From a virus (taxonomy: Duplodnaviria; Caudoviricetes), in IMG/VR virus record IMGVR_UViG_3300038379_000133, positions 800 through 64,799 of that record: a DNA stretch of 64,000 nt. The stretch is one strand, 5' to 3'. Made by a program: the position numbers and the translations under genes. The notes under the pieces were generated by a model. The model worked only from the letters and a program-made list of their open reading frames with translations, made no database searches and was not told the origin of the DNA. Within the stretch, counting starts at the first letter, position 1; every line of letters starts with the position of its first letter. This document shows, one piece after another, positions 15,622 to 24,905 of the stretch.

Positions 15622-16469
15622 CATCTCTGCGCGAACAAGACTTCTTCGGCGGGCGCATCCGGTTAGTGCACGGCGATGCCATCGAGGTCATGCGGTTGCT
15701 AGATCCTGCGTCGGTCGACATGATCTTCTGCGATCCGCCATACGGTCACAACAACAACAACAACGATCTAGCGCATAGGTGGGAACAAGCTCTCGGGCTC
15801 GATAGAGCACAGCAAGATCCCAGGCCGATTCTGAACGATGGCGTTGAGGCCACACCGTTATTTGCCTCAGTTATGGCTCTAGCAGCGCGCGCGCTCAAAC
15901 CTGGCTGCTGCTGCTGCTGCTGCTGCTGCTGCGGCGGCGGCCCTGAGCCACAGTTCGCGCGCTGGTCGCTTATCCTAGCTAGCACGCCTCAGATGCAGTT
16001 CAAGATGGCCGTAGTATGGGACAAAGGCCCCATGGGGCTAGGATGGCATTACAGGCGCAGCTACGAGATGGTACTTGTCGCGCAGCGCACCGGAGCTGCG
16101 TGCGCTTGGTACGACGACAGCGGCGCGATCGAAAATATCATTCGCCCGGGCGATCATGGCATCCGAAAGATCATCCCTATATCATCGCAGCACCCGACCG
16201 AGAAGCCGATAACGCTTGCAGCGCATTTCATTCGGCTGCACTCTGCGCTAGGCGAGCTAGTCGTAGACCCATTCATGGGTGCTGGTTCTACCGGGATCGC
16301 TGCTGCACGCATGGGTAGGCGTTTTGTAGGCGTCGAGCTAGACAAGCACTGGTATGACGTCGCGTGTCAGCGCATGGCCGACGAGGAGCGACAAGGCGAC
16401 CTCATGCTCGGCGCTAACGAGCTATCGAAGAGCCCAGGGCTTCAACTAGACCTCTTGGAGCGCGCATGA
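15618..16469 (+). CDS. DNA N6-adenine/N4-cytosine methyltransferase, beta class
   Basis: DPPY (motif IV) N-terminal, HPTEKP, VVDPFMGAGST (motif I) C-terminal, GVELD; contains a Cys8 run. Confidence 0.93.
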   Translation: MTSLREQDFFGGRIRLVHGDAIEVMRLLDPASVDMIFCDPPYGHNNNNNDLAHRWEQALGLDRAQQDPRPILNDGVEATPLFASVMALAARALKPGCCCCCCCCCGGGPEPQFARWSLILASTPQMQFKMAVVWDKGPMGLGWHYRRSYEMVLVAQRTGAACAWYDDSGAIENIIRPGDHGIRKIIPISSQHPTEKPITLAAHFIRLHSALGELVVDPFMGAGSTGIAAARMGRRFVGVELDKHWYDVACQRMADEERQGDLMLGANELSKSPGLQLDLLERA

Positions 16470-17203
16470 AAGACATCGACGGTAACACGCTCGACATCGA
16501 GGCGATCGTGACTGCGACGATGAAGCGAGCGATAGCGCGAGCTACTGCTGACCCGGAACAGCAGAAACAGTGGCTCGCCGAGGAAGAAGCGGACCGAAGG
16601 AGAGCATTCGTCGAGCGTTGTGCTAGGCGATGTCTGCCGCAGGACAAAGCGTTCCTGACAAAGCTATACCATCACAGCGAAGCGCTCATGACGACTGCGC
16701 TGAACGCAGCGCAGCGCGCGATCGAAGAGCGTACGATCCTACCGATGGGGATGACGGTCGTGCTCGCAGGCCCGAGCGGGACCGGTAAGACCTTCGCGCT
16801 GTGCTTCGTCGTCGCTCACTGCCGGGGCGGAGCGCTCTATGCGCTCGAACGCGAGATGATCGCATACCCGCGCACTGGCTATAGCGATAACGAGGATCAC
16901 TGGCGTCGCTGGAGCGAAGTGCCGGTGCTTGCGATTGACGAGCTTGGGCGTGGACTAGACGAGATCAGGCCGGAAACAAGACAGCAGCGCCTTGCTACAA
17001 TGCGAGACCTCCTGCGCATCAGACACGATCGAGGAAAGCTGACTCTATGCGCGGGTAATATCGACTGCGACTCCGTGCGAGTGTATCTCGACGAGAGCCT
17101 AGCGGATCGCGTAGCGCACCAAAACGGCAACGTGCCGTGGTTCATAGGGTGCTCTGGTGTGTCGCTGCGAAGATCGCCGCTTGTGGAGGATCCTGTGCGA
17201 TGA
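16466..17203 (+). CDS. DnaC/IstB-like ATPase (helicase loader)
   Basis: GPSGTGKT, LAIDELG, DRV arginine finger region. Confidence 0.8.
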   Translation: MKDIDGNTLDIEAIVTATMKRAIARATADPEQQKQWLAEEEADRRRAFVERCARRCLPQDKAFLTKLYHHSEALMTTALNAAQRAIEERTILPMGMTVVLAGPSGTGKTFALCFVVAHCRGGALYALEREMIAYPRTGYSDNEDHWRRWSEVPVLAIDELGRGLDEIRPETRQQRLATMRDLLRIRHDRGKLTLCAGNIDCDSVRVYLDESLADRVAHQNGNVPWFIGCSGVSLRRSPLVEDPVR

Positions 17204-17595
17204 CCAAAGAGCTTGCGCCGTTGATCGCAGAAGCTCTATCACCACGCAATGCAGCGATAGCATTCGAAGCGTGTGACGCTGCGCAACATGTGACAACGGC
17301 GCTCTATGACGCCTGGGTAGGCGGACCCATCGAGAACGACAATGGGCGCGCGTATGAGCCTGCCGTGATCGAGAATTACAATACGATCTGGACGTCTGAG
17401 CGAAAGACAGCAGGTTCAGCACGTTCAGCACGTAGCACCATGCAGCCATGGCATATCTCGCAAGACCTGCCCATGCTCGTCGAGGTGCTCCAAGCGAGAG
17501 CGCTGTTGCGCGATGCGCTAGAATGCACGCGCGAGCAGCTGGACGCCATCGAGGCGCTAGCAGCGCTATGCCAGAGACTAGAGAGAGCGACATGA
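17200..17595 (+). CDS. Hypothetical protein
   Basis: ATGA-coupled at both ends. Confidence 0.65.
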   Translation: MTKELAPLIAEALSPRNAAIAFEACDAAQHVTTALYDAWVGGPIENDNGRAYEPAVIENYNTIWTSERKTAGSARSARSTMQPWHISQDLPMLVEVLQARALLRDALECTREQLDAIEALAALCQRLERAT

Positions 17596-17753
17596 ACGTC
17601 ATTACTGACGAGGAGTTCCAATTCGCTGAGCTGATGGTGCTCATACGAGGCCGTCGCGCAACGCTCGCGGACGCTATCGAGGTGATCTACGAGCAAGCGT
17701 TCGCTGCGCTCAACAGCGAAGCGCAGGCGCAATACGAGCATGTCCATGAATGA
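17592..17753 (+). CDS. Small hypothetical protein
   Basis: ATGA-coupled; 53 aa. Confidence 0.55.
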   Translation: MNVITDEEFQFAELMVLIRGRRATLADAIEVIYEQAFAALNSEAQAQYEHVHE

Positions 17754-18108
17754 CGAGCAGATGCAAGCACGCTGTGTGCTACGAGAAGCGACGTCGGAAG
17801 CAACAGAGGGGCTCAGTGTAGGCCGCATCAGCGAAGCGGCGCAAGAAGCAGGTAGCATCTACTGCTTGCGGCCCATTGAAGTCACCGGCGCGCTGCTCAT
17901 CGCGCTCTATCACGAGGACAAAGTAGTGCGCGAGGGCGCAGTGCTCGGCATCGACGACCGCTGGCCGCAAGAGAAGCCGCGTTGTATGGTGCGGTCGCTA
18001 CGCGCTGCGCGTGCGATCGAGACCTCTCCTGCGCTTGTGCGAATGATAGATGCGATGCTCGAAGAACACGAGATGCTAGCCGAGCGCGTCGAGCTGTCTC
18101 AGCCATGA
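17746..18108 (+). CDS. Hypothetical protein
   Basis: Part of the overlapping gene chain. Confidence 0.6.
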   Translation: MNDEQMQARCVLREATSEATEGLSVGRISEAAQEAGSIYCLRPIEVTGALLIALYHEDKVVREGAVLGIDDRWPQEKPRCMVRSLRAARAIETSPALVRMIDAMLEEHEMLAERVELSQP

Positions 18109-18821
18109 GCTCGATGCTCAATCGCGAAGCCTTTTTGTACGGCGAGGAATGGCCTGAGCCGCCGAAGCCGCTCGAGAGGCCCGTGCGCATGCCGCTGTTC
18201 GGTGCGATCAAGACCGACGACATCACGGACGAATGGCTAGCTTCTGCGATGAGATTCAAGGAGCGATCCGAGTTCTTTCCAAGACCGCCACACGTCCATA
18301 TCGCGGAAGTGCTCGGCTCACCGAGGTACGCATCGCATGCGGTAACACCACGATTGCGCGTCTTGGTGTGCCTCGATACAGCCGCGTATTTTTGCTCAGA
18401 GGATCAGGAGATGCGCGCATCCATCGTCGCAGTGCGAGATGTGATGCTAGAGCGCTTATCGGACGAAGAGCGCGTAGAGTATTCTCGCAGGCGAGAAGTA
18501 GACGAGTACGTGGAGTTTCGCGCGCGCTCGGGACACACGCTGTGCTTCTGCGGGACGGATCTCGTACAGGTCTTGGGAGTCACGCCGGGCTGGTTGCGCC
18601 GCGCCGTGTGCGCCGGGCACATTCGTCCAGTGCGACACGGACGTAGCATCCTATCGTCGATCTTTACGGGAACGTCAGTCATGGAGCTCTGTCGAATGTT
18701 ATCCGTGCCGTTGCCCGCTGCTTTATTGCCAGGAGCAGAGATTGTGGATACGCCACGTAAGCCGAACAAACGCACACGTAAACCGAGCGGACGCTCGAGA
18801 CAACGCAGACGGATGGGGTGA
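18105..18821 (+). CDS. Hypothetical protein, possible C-terminal MerR/excisionase-like HTH
   Basis: DLVQVLGVTPGWLRRAVCAGHI resembles a winged-HTH; basic tail. Confidence 0.65.
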   Translation: MSSMLNREAFLYGEEWPEPPKPLERPVRMPLFGAIKTDDITDEWLASAMRFKERSEFFPRPPHVHIAEVLGSPRYASHAVTPRLRVLVCLDTAAYFCSEDQEMRASIVAVRDVMLERLSDEERVEYSRRREVDEYVEFRARSGHTLCFCGTDLVQVLGVTPGWLRRAVCAGHIRPVRHGRSILSSIFTGTSVMELCRMLSVPLPAALLPGAEIVDTPRKPNKRTRKPSGRSRQRRRMG

Positions 18822-18826
18822 GGCCA

Positions 18827-19213
18827 ATGACACGCGAGCTAGCACGGGAAGACGAAGACATCACAGCGAGCGCTGTGTACCCGAAGCACAGCACGAAACG
18901 AATCATGGGGCGCGTGACCGTCGATGACGCAGGCACCTGGGTCGCCTTGTTCTCGATTGCGGACGAAGACGGTAGTATCATGACGGACGGATGCAGGCGT
19001 CTCTGGTTCTCCAGCATGGATATCGGACCGTGCTTGCGCGCGTCGCGTCGACCGACGCGAGACGGGTGCTGGATGCTCGGGCTCTACGGCCCCGCGACTG
19101 TCGCAGCAAAGCGATACATCGGAGCAGGGCGAGACGCTGTCTTGCTGTGTGCTACGCAGATCATCGGACGGCATCGGCGCTTGACAGCGCTAGGCGTCGA
19201 GATCGTTCCGTAG
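18827..19213 (+). CDS. Hypothetical protein
   Basis: GGGGTGAGG RBS-like sequence; closes the gene chain. Confidence 0.6.
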   Translation: MTRELAREDEDITASAVYPKHSTKRIMGRVTVDDAGTWVALFSIADEDGSIMTDGCRRLWFSSMDIGPCLRASRRPTRDGCWMLGLYGPATVAAKRYIGAGRDAVLLCATQIIGRHRRLTALGVEIVP

Positions 19214-19303
19214 AGACGATGAAGGACGGGCGGGAGCGGTAAGATCGCCACGCTGGTCCCCTAGCGAGGAAGGAGCACTTAAAATGACAGCAGCGTTCTG
19301 GGC

Positions 19304-19729
19304 GTGGTCATGGTCGCGTCGTGCGTCGAGGTCGTGGTCGCAGCCCGAGCTGCACAGAGAATGCTCATGAGCCAACGACCGTGGTGGCACTGGCTCCTCA
19401 TCGCGCTTGCGCTCGTCCTGACAGGCGGAGCTGCAGCGCTGCTGCTCCTGCGGAGACCTAGCAAGAAGGAGCTGGAAGCTGAGCGCCACGCAGGGCGCGC
19501 GGACGTCTACACGGCCCAAGCAGAAGCTGCAGGAGAGGTAGCCGATAAGGCGAGCGAGACAGCGCGAGAGCTTGCGCGATTCAGAGCGGAAGTCGAGCGC
19601 CGCACGATAGCAGCGCTCCAAGCTGCGCAGGAACGCGACGATGCGCACGGAGACACAAAGCGAGCCGTCGAGGCAGCCGAGACAGTCGATCAAATCGTAG
19701 ACGCTATGCGACGGAAGAGGGACGAATGA
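19304..19729 (+). CDS. Membrane-anchored coiled-coil protein (spanin-like); 5' end possibly frameshifted
   Basis: TM WWHWLLIALALVLTGGAAALLLL then helical EAERH...; strong RBS is at ATG 19284 in another frame. Confidence 0.6.
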   Translation: MVMVASCVEVVVAARAAQRMLMSQRPWWHWLLIALALVLTGGAAALLLLRRPSKKELEAERHAGRADVYTAQAEAAGEVADKASETARELARFRAEVERRTIAALQAAQERDDAHGDTKRAVEAAETVDQIVDAMRRKRDE

Positions 19730-20331
19730 ACGACTATGAATACTATCTCCGGTGCAAGGACTGCGGAGTAGCGCTATTCTACACTCGATCGAAGAGGTGT
19801 CACCATTGCCAAAATGATGCGCGAGCGTTTTGGGTCATCACGATCGGCATTACGCTCCTCGTGTCGATTCTCGCGATTCTCGCCAATGTAGCTCAAGCAG
19901 ACGGTGGCGTGCGCAGGGACGGGCCCAGCCTTCCGGCGTCCCGCTTCGACGTCTTTGCGCTCAACACGGATGGTGGAATACCGTGTCACGCTGTCACAGG
20001 CGAAGCGCTGTGCGTGCCCGGCGCGCAGGCGCGCCAGGCAGCGCTTGCGCTCATCGAGGGTCCGTCCGCCGAGAAATGGCGCGAAGCAGCGCGCGCGTCT
20101 GCGATCGAGGCATCAGCTCTGCGCGACGAAAATCACGCGCTGCGAGCTGCCGTCGACGCACGAGCCGTCGAGGCAGCAATGCACCGCGCAGCAGCGAGCG
20201 AGCAGAAAGCGCGCGCGGATGCGCTGCGCGCTGCGCTCGATAGGCAATGGTGGTGGAGCCTCGTCAAGATCGCCCTCCCCGCAGCCGGAGCGCTGACATT
20301 CGGCTACGCCATCGGCAGGTATGTCCGATGA
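19726..20331 (+). CDS. Membrane protein with N-terminal Cys motif/signal segment, coiled coil and C-terminal TM
   Basis: CKDC..CHHC, FWVITIGITLLVSILAILANVAQA, C-terminal WWWSLVKIALPAAGALTFGYAIG. Confidence 0.7.
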   Translation: MNDYEYYLRCKDCGVALFYTRSKRCHHCQNDARAFWVITIGITLLVSILAILANVAQADGGVRRDGPSLPASRFDVFALNTDGGIPCHAVTGEALCVPGAQARQAALALIEGPSAEKWREAARASAIEASALRDENHALRAAVDARAVEAAMHRAAASEQKARADALRAALDRQWWWSLVKIALPAAGALTFGYAIGRYVR

Positions 20332-20525
20332 GGAGCTTCCATTCAAGGCGCAGCCCATTAGCGCCGTCGCAGCTCGAGATCATCATCGCCGGCCTGCGCG
20401 GGGAACGCGTGCAGCACGCACCGGAGCACAAGCAGTACGTGGACGACGTGTTGCGCTCGCTCGCAGCAAGGGTCGACGACGCACAACAGCGCATAGTCGA
20501 GCGCGCCATCGAGGCAAGGCGATGA
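20328..20525 (+). CDS. Small hypothetical protein
   Basis: ATGA-coupled at both ends. Confidence 0.55.
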   Translation: MRSFHSRRSPLAPSQLEIIIAGLRGERVQHAPEHKQYVDDVLRSLAARVDDAQQRIVERAIEARR

Positions 20526-21328
20526 GGCTCTCGGAACGCATCGTCCTAGCGTGCTACGAGACTCGTGGGCTCACGGCTGAAGCTGCATGGCAATTCGCGT
20601 GCGCTCACGGTTGGAAGAACGCGCGCGGCGCAGGCGGTGGCAGCGGCTGGTTGCCATGGTGCGCAGTCGCTGCATCGATGCGCGTCTATCGTGCATCGTC
20701 CGGGGCAGTCACTCTTGCGTTCGGACAACCTCAGAAGCTCGCGCTATCGCGCTTCGCGGCTGGCAACGCGTCGGTTCCGCGCATCAGCGATGACGCGCGC
20801 AGGCTCGGTATCGTGAGCGACTCGCCTAAACCGGGCATGCTTGGGATCATCGAGGTGCGCAAGAAGGGCGCCGAGTGGATCGGGAAGAGAAGCCATATTG
20901 GGATTGTGACCGACGTCGTAGGTGATCGCGCGATCATGCACGAGGGCAATCTCGGCGGTAGGGACGTGCACGGATTCAGAAGGAGACTCACTCCGCGTGA
21001 GTCTGACAGAGAGCGCTTACTGGAGTTCGTCGACCTCGATGCTTACGCACGAATGACGAGCGGGGCAGCGGCCGATGACACTGCTACAGACGACTCCGGT
21101 GAGCCGCAGAGCGACGATCTGACCTGGGCAGAATGGGAGTTCGGTAACGACTTTCTTGCGCTCGTGCCTGGCGATGAAGCGCCGCGCCGGTGCCGAGTCG
21201 TAGGCATGACGACCGACGGCTTGCCGCTCCTTCAGCCCGTCGGAGACGGCGGTGAGGTGTCTCTGGATGCGCCGATCGTCGAACCGGAGAACTACACGAT
21301 CATAGGCTCAGCAGACGATGACGCATGA
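20522..21328 (+). CDS. CHAP-domain amidase/peptidase (endolysin candidate)
   Basis: PWCA (Cys), SHIGIV (His), HEGN; acidic linker and small C-terminal domain. Confidence 0.8.
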   Translation: MRLSERIVLACYETRGLTAEAAWQFACAHGWKNARGAGGGSGWLPWCAVAASMRVYRASSGAVTLAFGQPQKLALSRFAAGNASVPRISDDARRLGIVSDSPKPGMLGIIEVRKKGAEWIGKRSHIGIVTDVVGDRAIMHEGNLGGRDVHGFRRRLTPRESDRERLLEFVDLDAYARMTSGAAADDTATDDSGEPQSDDLTWAEWEFGNDFLALVPGDEAPRRCRVVGMTTDGLPLLQPVGDGGEVSLDAPIVEPENYTIIGSADDDA

Positions 21329-21741
21329 CCGTGGAGATCGCAGTCGTCATTGCTGGACAGCCTGTCGCGCAAGGTCGACCGCGCTTTACGACGCGCGGCG
21401 GGTTCCCGAGAGCCTACGATGCGCCGCGCGCGCGCGAATGGAAGTCCGTAGCAGCGACGCTCATGCTCGCAGCGCGCGGGCGAGCTGGGGTACATGCGCC
21501 GCTCGCGATGGCGCTGTCCGTAGACGTTTGCGCGGTGTTCGCAAAGCCGAAGAAACCGACACGTACCTGGCCTGGGCGACCTGACCTCGACAACATCATC
21601 AAGGCCGTCGGCGATGCAGGCAATGGCATCTTATGGGAAGACGATAGCGCGATCTGTCGCATCTACGCTCGCAAGCGCTACGCAGAAGCGGCGGAAGCGC
21701 CGTGCGTCGAGGTATCCGTGCGAGCTATTGACGTGACGTAG
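21325..21741 (+). CDS. rusA: RusA-like Holliday junction resolvase
   Basis: PVAQGRPR, PDLDNIIKAVGDAGNGILWEDDSAI. Confidence 0.92.
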   Translation: MTVEIAVVIAGQPVAQGRPRFTTRGGFPRAYDAPRAREWKSVAATLMLAARGRAGVHAPLAMALSVDVCAVFAKPKKPTRTWPGRPDLDNIIKAVGDAGNGILWEDDSAICRIYARKRYAEAAEAPCVEVSVRAIDVT

Positions 21742-21755
21742 TGCAATCGTATACA
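21728..21755 (+). promoter_or_regulatory. Sigma70-like promoter TTGACG-N16-TATACA
   Basis: Read directly; ATG 21764 follows 8 nt later with no SD. Confidence 0.5.
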
Positions 21756-21763
21756 CAGAGCGC

Positions 21764-21916
21764 ATGCCCAGCAAGACCACTCGCAAGCGAGTCATCCAGG
21801 TACGCGTGACAGCTAATGAGCTCGCACAAGCACGGCGCATAGCACGCGCACTCGGTTTGCCATTGTCCGCCTACGCGCGCATGCGTATTCTTGGTCGAGG
21901 CGATACGAAGCAATGA
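21764..21916 (+). CDS. Ribbon-helix-helix (MobC/CopG-like) protein, 50 aa
   Basis: Below ORF-track cutoff; MPSKTTRKRVIQVRVTANELAQARRIARALGLPLSAYARMRILG; ATGA overlap with the glycosyltransferase. Confidence 0.75.
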   Translation: MPSKTTRKRVIQVRVTANELAQARRIARALGLPLSAYARMRILGRGDTKQ

Positions 21917-22662
21917 AAAAGACGACACAGAAGCAGCGCGCGCGCATCTCCTCAGCGCCAACAAGCGGACTAGGCTACGAGCGCATCCAGCACCACAGCC
22001 GCAACACCTATCGCGATTCGTCGACGGTCGTACTCGTGCCAACGCGCGGGCAAGCGCACCATCGCACGCTATCAGTCTGGTTCGTCCAATCTCTCATGTC
22101 TCTCATCGCGCCGATGAACCAGAAGCGCGCGGTGCTGTTCGCCTGCGGCGACGAGGTCGGCCAGGCGTATGACTCGCTCGTGCGAGGAATACTCGACAAT
22201 CCAGAGCTGTCGAAATGGAAGTACGTCCTGACGCTCGAGGACGACATGATCATACCCCCTGACGCTCACATCCGGCTGATTGAGTCCATCGAGGATTGCG
22301 GCCTCGACGCCGTAGGTGGCATGTACTTCACCAAGGGCGACACGAACATGCCGATGGCGTACGGCGACCCGCGCAAGACGGAGCTGGAGTTTCAGCCTCG
22401 CGACGTTCGCGAAGCGCTCGAAGCCGGCAGCGTCATGGAGGTCAACGGGATCGCTATGGGCTGCTCGCTGTATCGCATGTCTCTATTCCGCGAGATCGAG
22501 CCGCCATGGTTTCAGACGTTCGCTGACGTCCTAGACGGCGGCGCTCAAGCATGGACGCAGGATCTGTACTTTTGCCGCAAAGCTCGCGCGAAGGGCAAGC
22601 GCTTCGGCGTGGACATGCGCGTCAAGTGCGGACACTTCGACGACCAAGGGACGGTGTATTGA
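21913..22662 (+). CDS. GT-A fold glycosyltransferase-like protein
   Basis: VLVPTRG, YVLTLEDD (DxD-like), GIAMGCSLYR, TQDLYFC...GH. Confidence 0.8.
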   Translation: MKKTTQKQRARISSAPTSGLGYERIQHHSRNTYRDSSTVVLVPTRGQAHHRTLSVWFVQSLMSLIAPMNQKRAVLFACGDEVGQAYDSLVRGILDNPELSKWKYVLTLEDDMIIPPDAHIRLIESIEDCGLDAVGGMYFTKGDTNMPMAYGDPRKTELEFQPRDVREALEAGSVMEVNGIAMGCSLYRMSLFREIEPPWFQTFADVLDGGAQAWTQDLYFCRKARAKGKRFGVDMRVKCGHFDDQGTVY

Positions 22663-23273
22663 TGGGCCAACACAGCAAGAGGGCGAAGCTGCACAAGCCA
22701 ACGTCGATCCGACTGGACCTCGCATGCGGAGATCGCGTCGAGGATGGCTTCGAGGGCGTCGATCTCCACTTCGAGGGCGCTAGGCACCGTTTCGACCTGC
22801 TGGCATTCCCATGGCCGGTAGCTACTAGCTCCTGCGAGGCGCTACGCGCATCGCATTTCGTCGAGCACATCCCGATGCTCTACGTCGGACCGAGGGGCGA
22901 TGAGCGCGCGCGACCAGCGCCTGGCTACCAGGATTATTTTCTGCGTTTCTTCGAGGAGTGCCATCGTGTCCTGAAACCGGGATGCTGGATGGAGGTCATC
23001 TCTCCGTGCGCTCGGCACAACCGAGCGTTTCAGGATCCGACGCACCGACGGTTTCTCGTCGAGGAGTCGTTCGCCTACCTCAACAAGAAGTGGCGCGAGG
23101 AGAACAAGCTCGATCACTATCTGCAAACGAAGGCGAATTTCGCAGCAACAGTCAACCATGCGATCCCGAGCGAATTGTCTCTGCGCTCAAAAGAAGTACA
23201 GCGTCGAGCGATGAACCATGAATGGAACAACGTGTGGGATTTGCTCGCACGCCTCCAGGCGATCAAGGAGTAG
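22662..23273 (+). CDS. Class I SAM-dependent methyltransferase
   Basis: RLDLACG, FEGVD, SHFVEH, ECHRVLKPG, DPTH. Confidence 0.85.
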   Translation: MGQHSKRAKLHKPTSIRLDLACGDRVEDGFEGVDLHFEGARHRFDLLAFPWPVATSSCEALRASHFVEHIPMLYVGPRGDERARPAPGYQDYFLRFFEECHRVLKPGCWMEVISPCARHNRAFQDPTHRRFLVEESFAYLNKKWREENKLDHYLQTKANFAATVNHAIPSELSLRSKEVQRRAMNHEWNNVWDLLARLQAIKE

Positions 23274-23276
23274 GAG

Positions 23277-23459
23277 ATGGTAGAAGCACAGAAGGACGCG
23301 CAGGGGCGATTGCTCGTGTCTTGCGAGAGCTGTAACGCGGTGCTTGCCGTAGCCGCGGCGGATGCGTCGAGGGGCACCGGCGCGGACGTGCTCTCGAAGA
23401 TCGAGTGCCCGGTGTGCCACTGGAATACATCCGTCGCAGATCCTGACCTCTGGCCGTAG
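23277..23459 (+). CDS. Small Zn-finger protein
   Basis: CESC...CPVC; AGGAG RBS. Confidence 0.65.
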   Translation: MVEAQKDAQGRLLVSCESCNAVLAVAAADASRGTGADVLSKIECPVCHWNTSVADPDLWP

Positions 23460-23911
23460 TGGTGCAGCTATACGAGCACAGTCGGACGACGCTCGCAGCA
23501 CCACTGAGAGTGTTCTACCCTGAGTGTCTCGTGTACATCAAAGATACGCAACTCTACCCTTTGCGATGCTTGCGTGATGGGTGCCACAAGATGCTTGACT
23601 GCGGAGGCGTCGTCGGACGACGTATCTCAGCGCTCTTCGAGGCGTTTCGAGATGCGCGACGCTTTCTGATGTATTTTCGCCACGAACCGAGTGGACTCGG
23701 AGTCGCGATGTTCCGATCAGAGACATCCGACCCGTCTCTGCTTGGGAGAGTGCGAGCGGACGGTCGCGTTGTAGTCAACGAGTCGGCATGGCGCGTCTTC
23801 GCTCGTCGGTGCGTCGTGGTATCATGGGAGCCGCCAGTATCGCTATTCGCGGAGCGGAGCCTCATCATAGAAGCGCCGCAACTCGTAACACTAGGAGGAG
23901 CACGCACATGA
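23459..23911 (+). CDS. Hypothetical protein
   Basis: GTG start overlapping the previous stop. Confidence 0.55.
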   Translation: MVQLYEHSRTTLAAPLRVFYPECLVYIKDTQLYPLRCLRDGCHKMLDCGGVVGRRISALFEAFRDARRFLMYFRHEPSGLGVAMFRSETSDPSLLGRVRADGRVVVNESAWRVFARRCVVVSWEPPVSLFAERSLIIEAPQLVTLGGART

Positions 23912-24612
23912 GCAAGAGCGACGCGGGCAAGCACGGGGGGCGAACGCTGCCTCCTGACCTCATGAAGATCGGCGCAACTGTCGAGGATCATGTATCTGGA
24001 GTGGAAGCGTCGATCCGTAGCGCGTGCGACGCACTCGCTACGGCGCTCGAGGAACGCTTAGGCGATGCGCGCGCTCAGTGGATCGCGCACGTGGCGGAGC
24101 ACACGCCGGAAGGCGCGGAAGCGCCGAGCACGCCGCAGCATAGTGCTGTGTCAGGCGAGACCATCGCGCGCGTCATGTCCGTGGCGCTCGCCGGCGAGGT
24201 AGCCTCCATCGTCATCGGCGCCGCGGTCGAGTGGGGCATGGTGTCAGCGCAGGCTGTTCCGACGAGCCTCCAGGGGCGCTTCTGGCGAGATCGTGCGCTC
24301 GGACTGTGGGACACGCTCATGAAACATCCGCGCTTTCGTGCGTTCTTCGCGGGCAATTATAGGCTGACCGACGACGTGAATGACGACGCGAAGACTGTGA
24401 GCACCGTCGTGCACGAAGAAGCAGAAACGTGGGCACCCACGCCTACGCCGGCGCAAAGAGACGCAGCCATCGCGATCATCGCGAAGCACACCAAGACGCG
24501 CGCTCCGCATCTCGTATGGAACAAGATCATCGCGGTGCTCCAACCTACGCACAAGAGGGACATCATCACGCCGGAGGAGCCTGACGAAGTGATGCCGGAC
24601 CTCGCCCCATGA
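23908..24612 (+). CDS. Hypothetical protein
   Basis: AGGAGG RBS; ATGA overlaps. Confidence 0.7.
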   Translation: MSKSDAGKHGGRTLPPDLMKIGATVEDHVSGVEASIRSACDALATALEERLGDARAQWIAHVAEHTPEGAEAPSTPQHSAVSGETIARVMSVALAGEVASIVIGAAVEWGMVSAQAVPTSLQGRFWRDRALGLWDTLMKHPRFRAFFAGNYRLTDDVNDDAKTVSTVVHEEAETWAPTPTPAQRDAAIAIIAKHTKTRAPHLVWNKIIAVLQPTHKRDIITPEEPDEVMPDLAP

Positions 24613-24905
24613 TGATCGTGAGAGACTTTCGCTGCGACGCATGCGGCTATGTCTTCGAGGACACGGTGGACAATACGCTGCCGTCGGGTACGCCGCATGA
24701 GACTGGATGCGTCGAGTGCGGGTCTGATCGATGCGTTTCGTTGTTCTCGGTTCCGCACGTCACGACGCTCATTGCCAACGGTCCGAACGAAGCGAAAGCA
24801 CGCGCGCTGCGCAAGCGTCAGTACGAGCATTCGATCAAGCATGATCTGACGCCGTACTTCGAGGCCCGAGGACGCTCCGTCCCAAAGAGGTTCTTGCGTG
24901 ACTGA
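24609..24905 (+). CDS. FmdB-like zinc-ribbon protein
   Basis: DFRCDACGYVFE...CVECGS. Confidence 0.75.
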   Translation: MMIVRDFRCDACGYVFEDTVDNTLPSGTPHETGCVECGSDRCVSLFSVPHVTTLIANGPNEAKARALRKRQYEHSIKHDLTPYFEARGRSVPKRFLRD

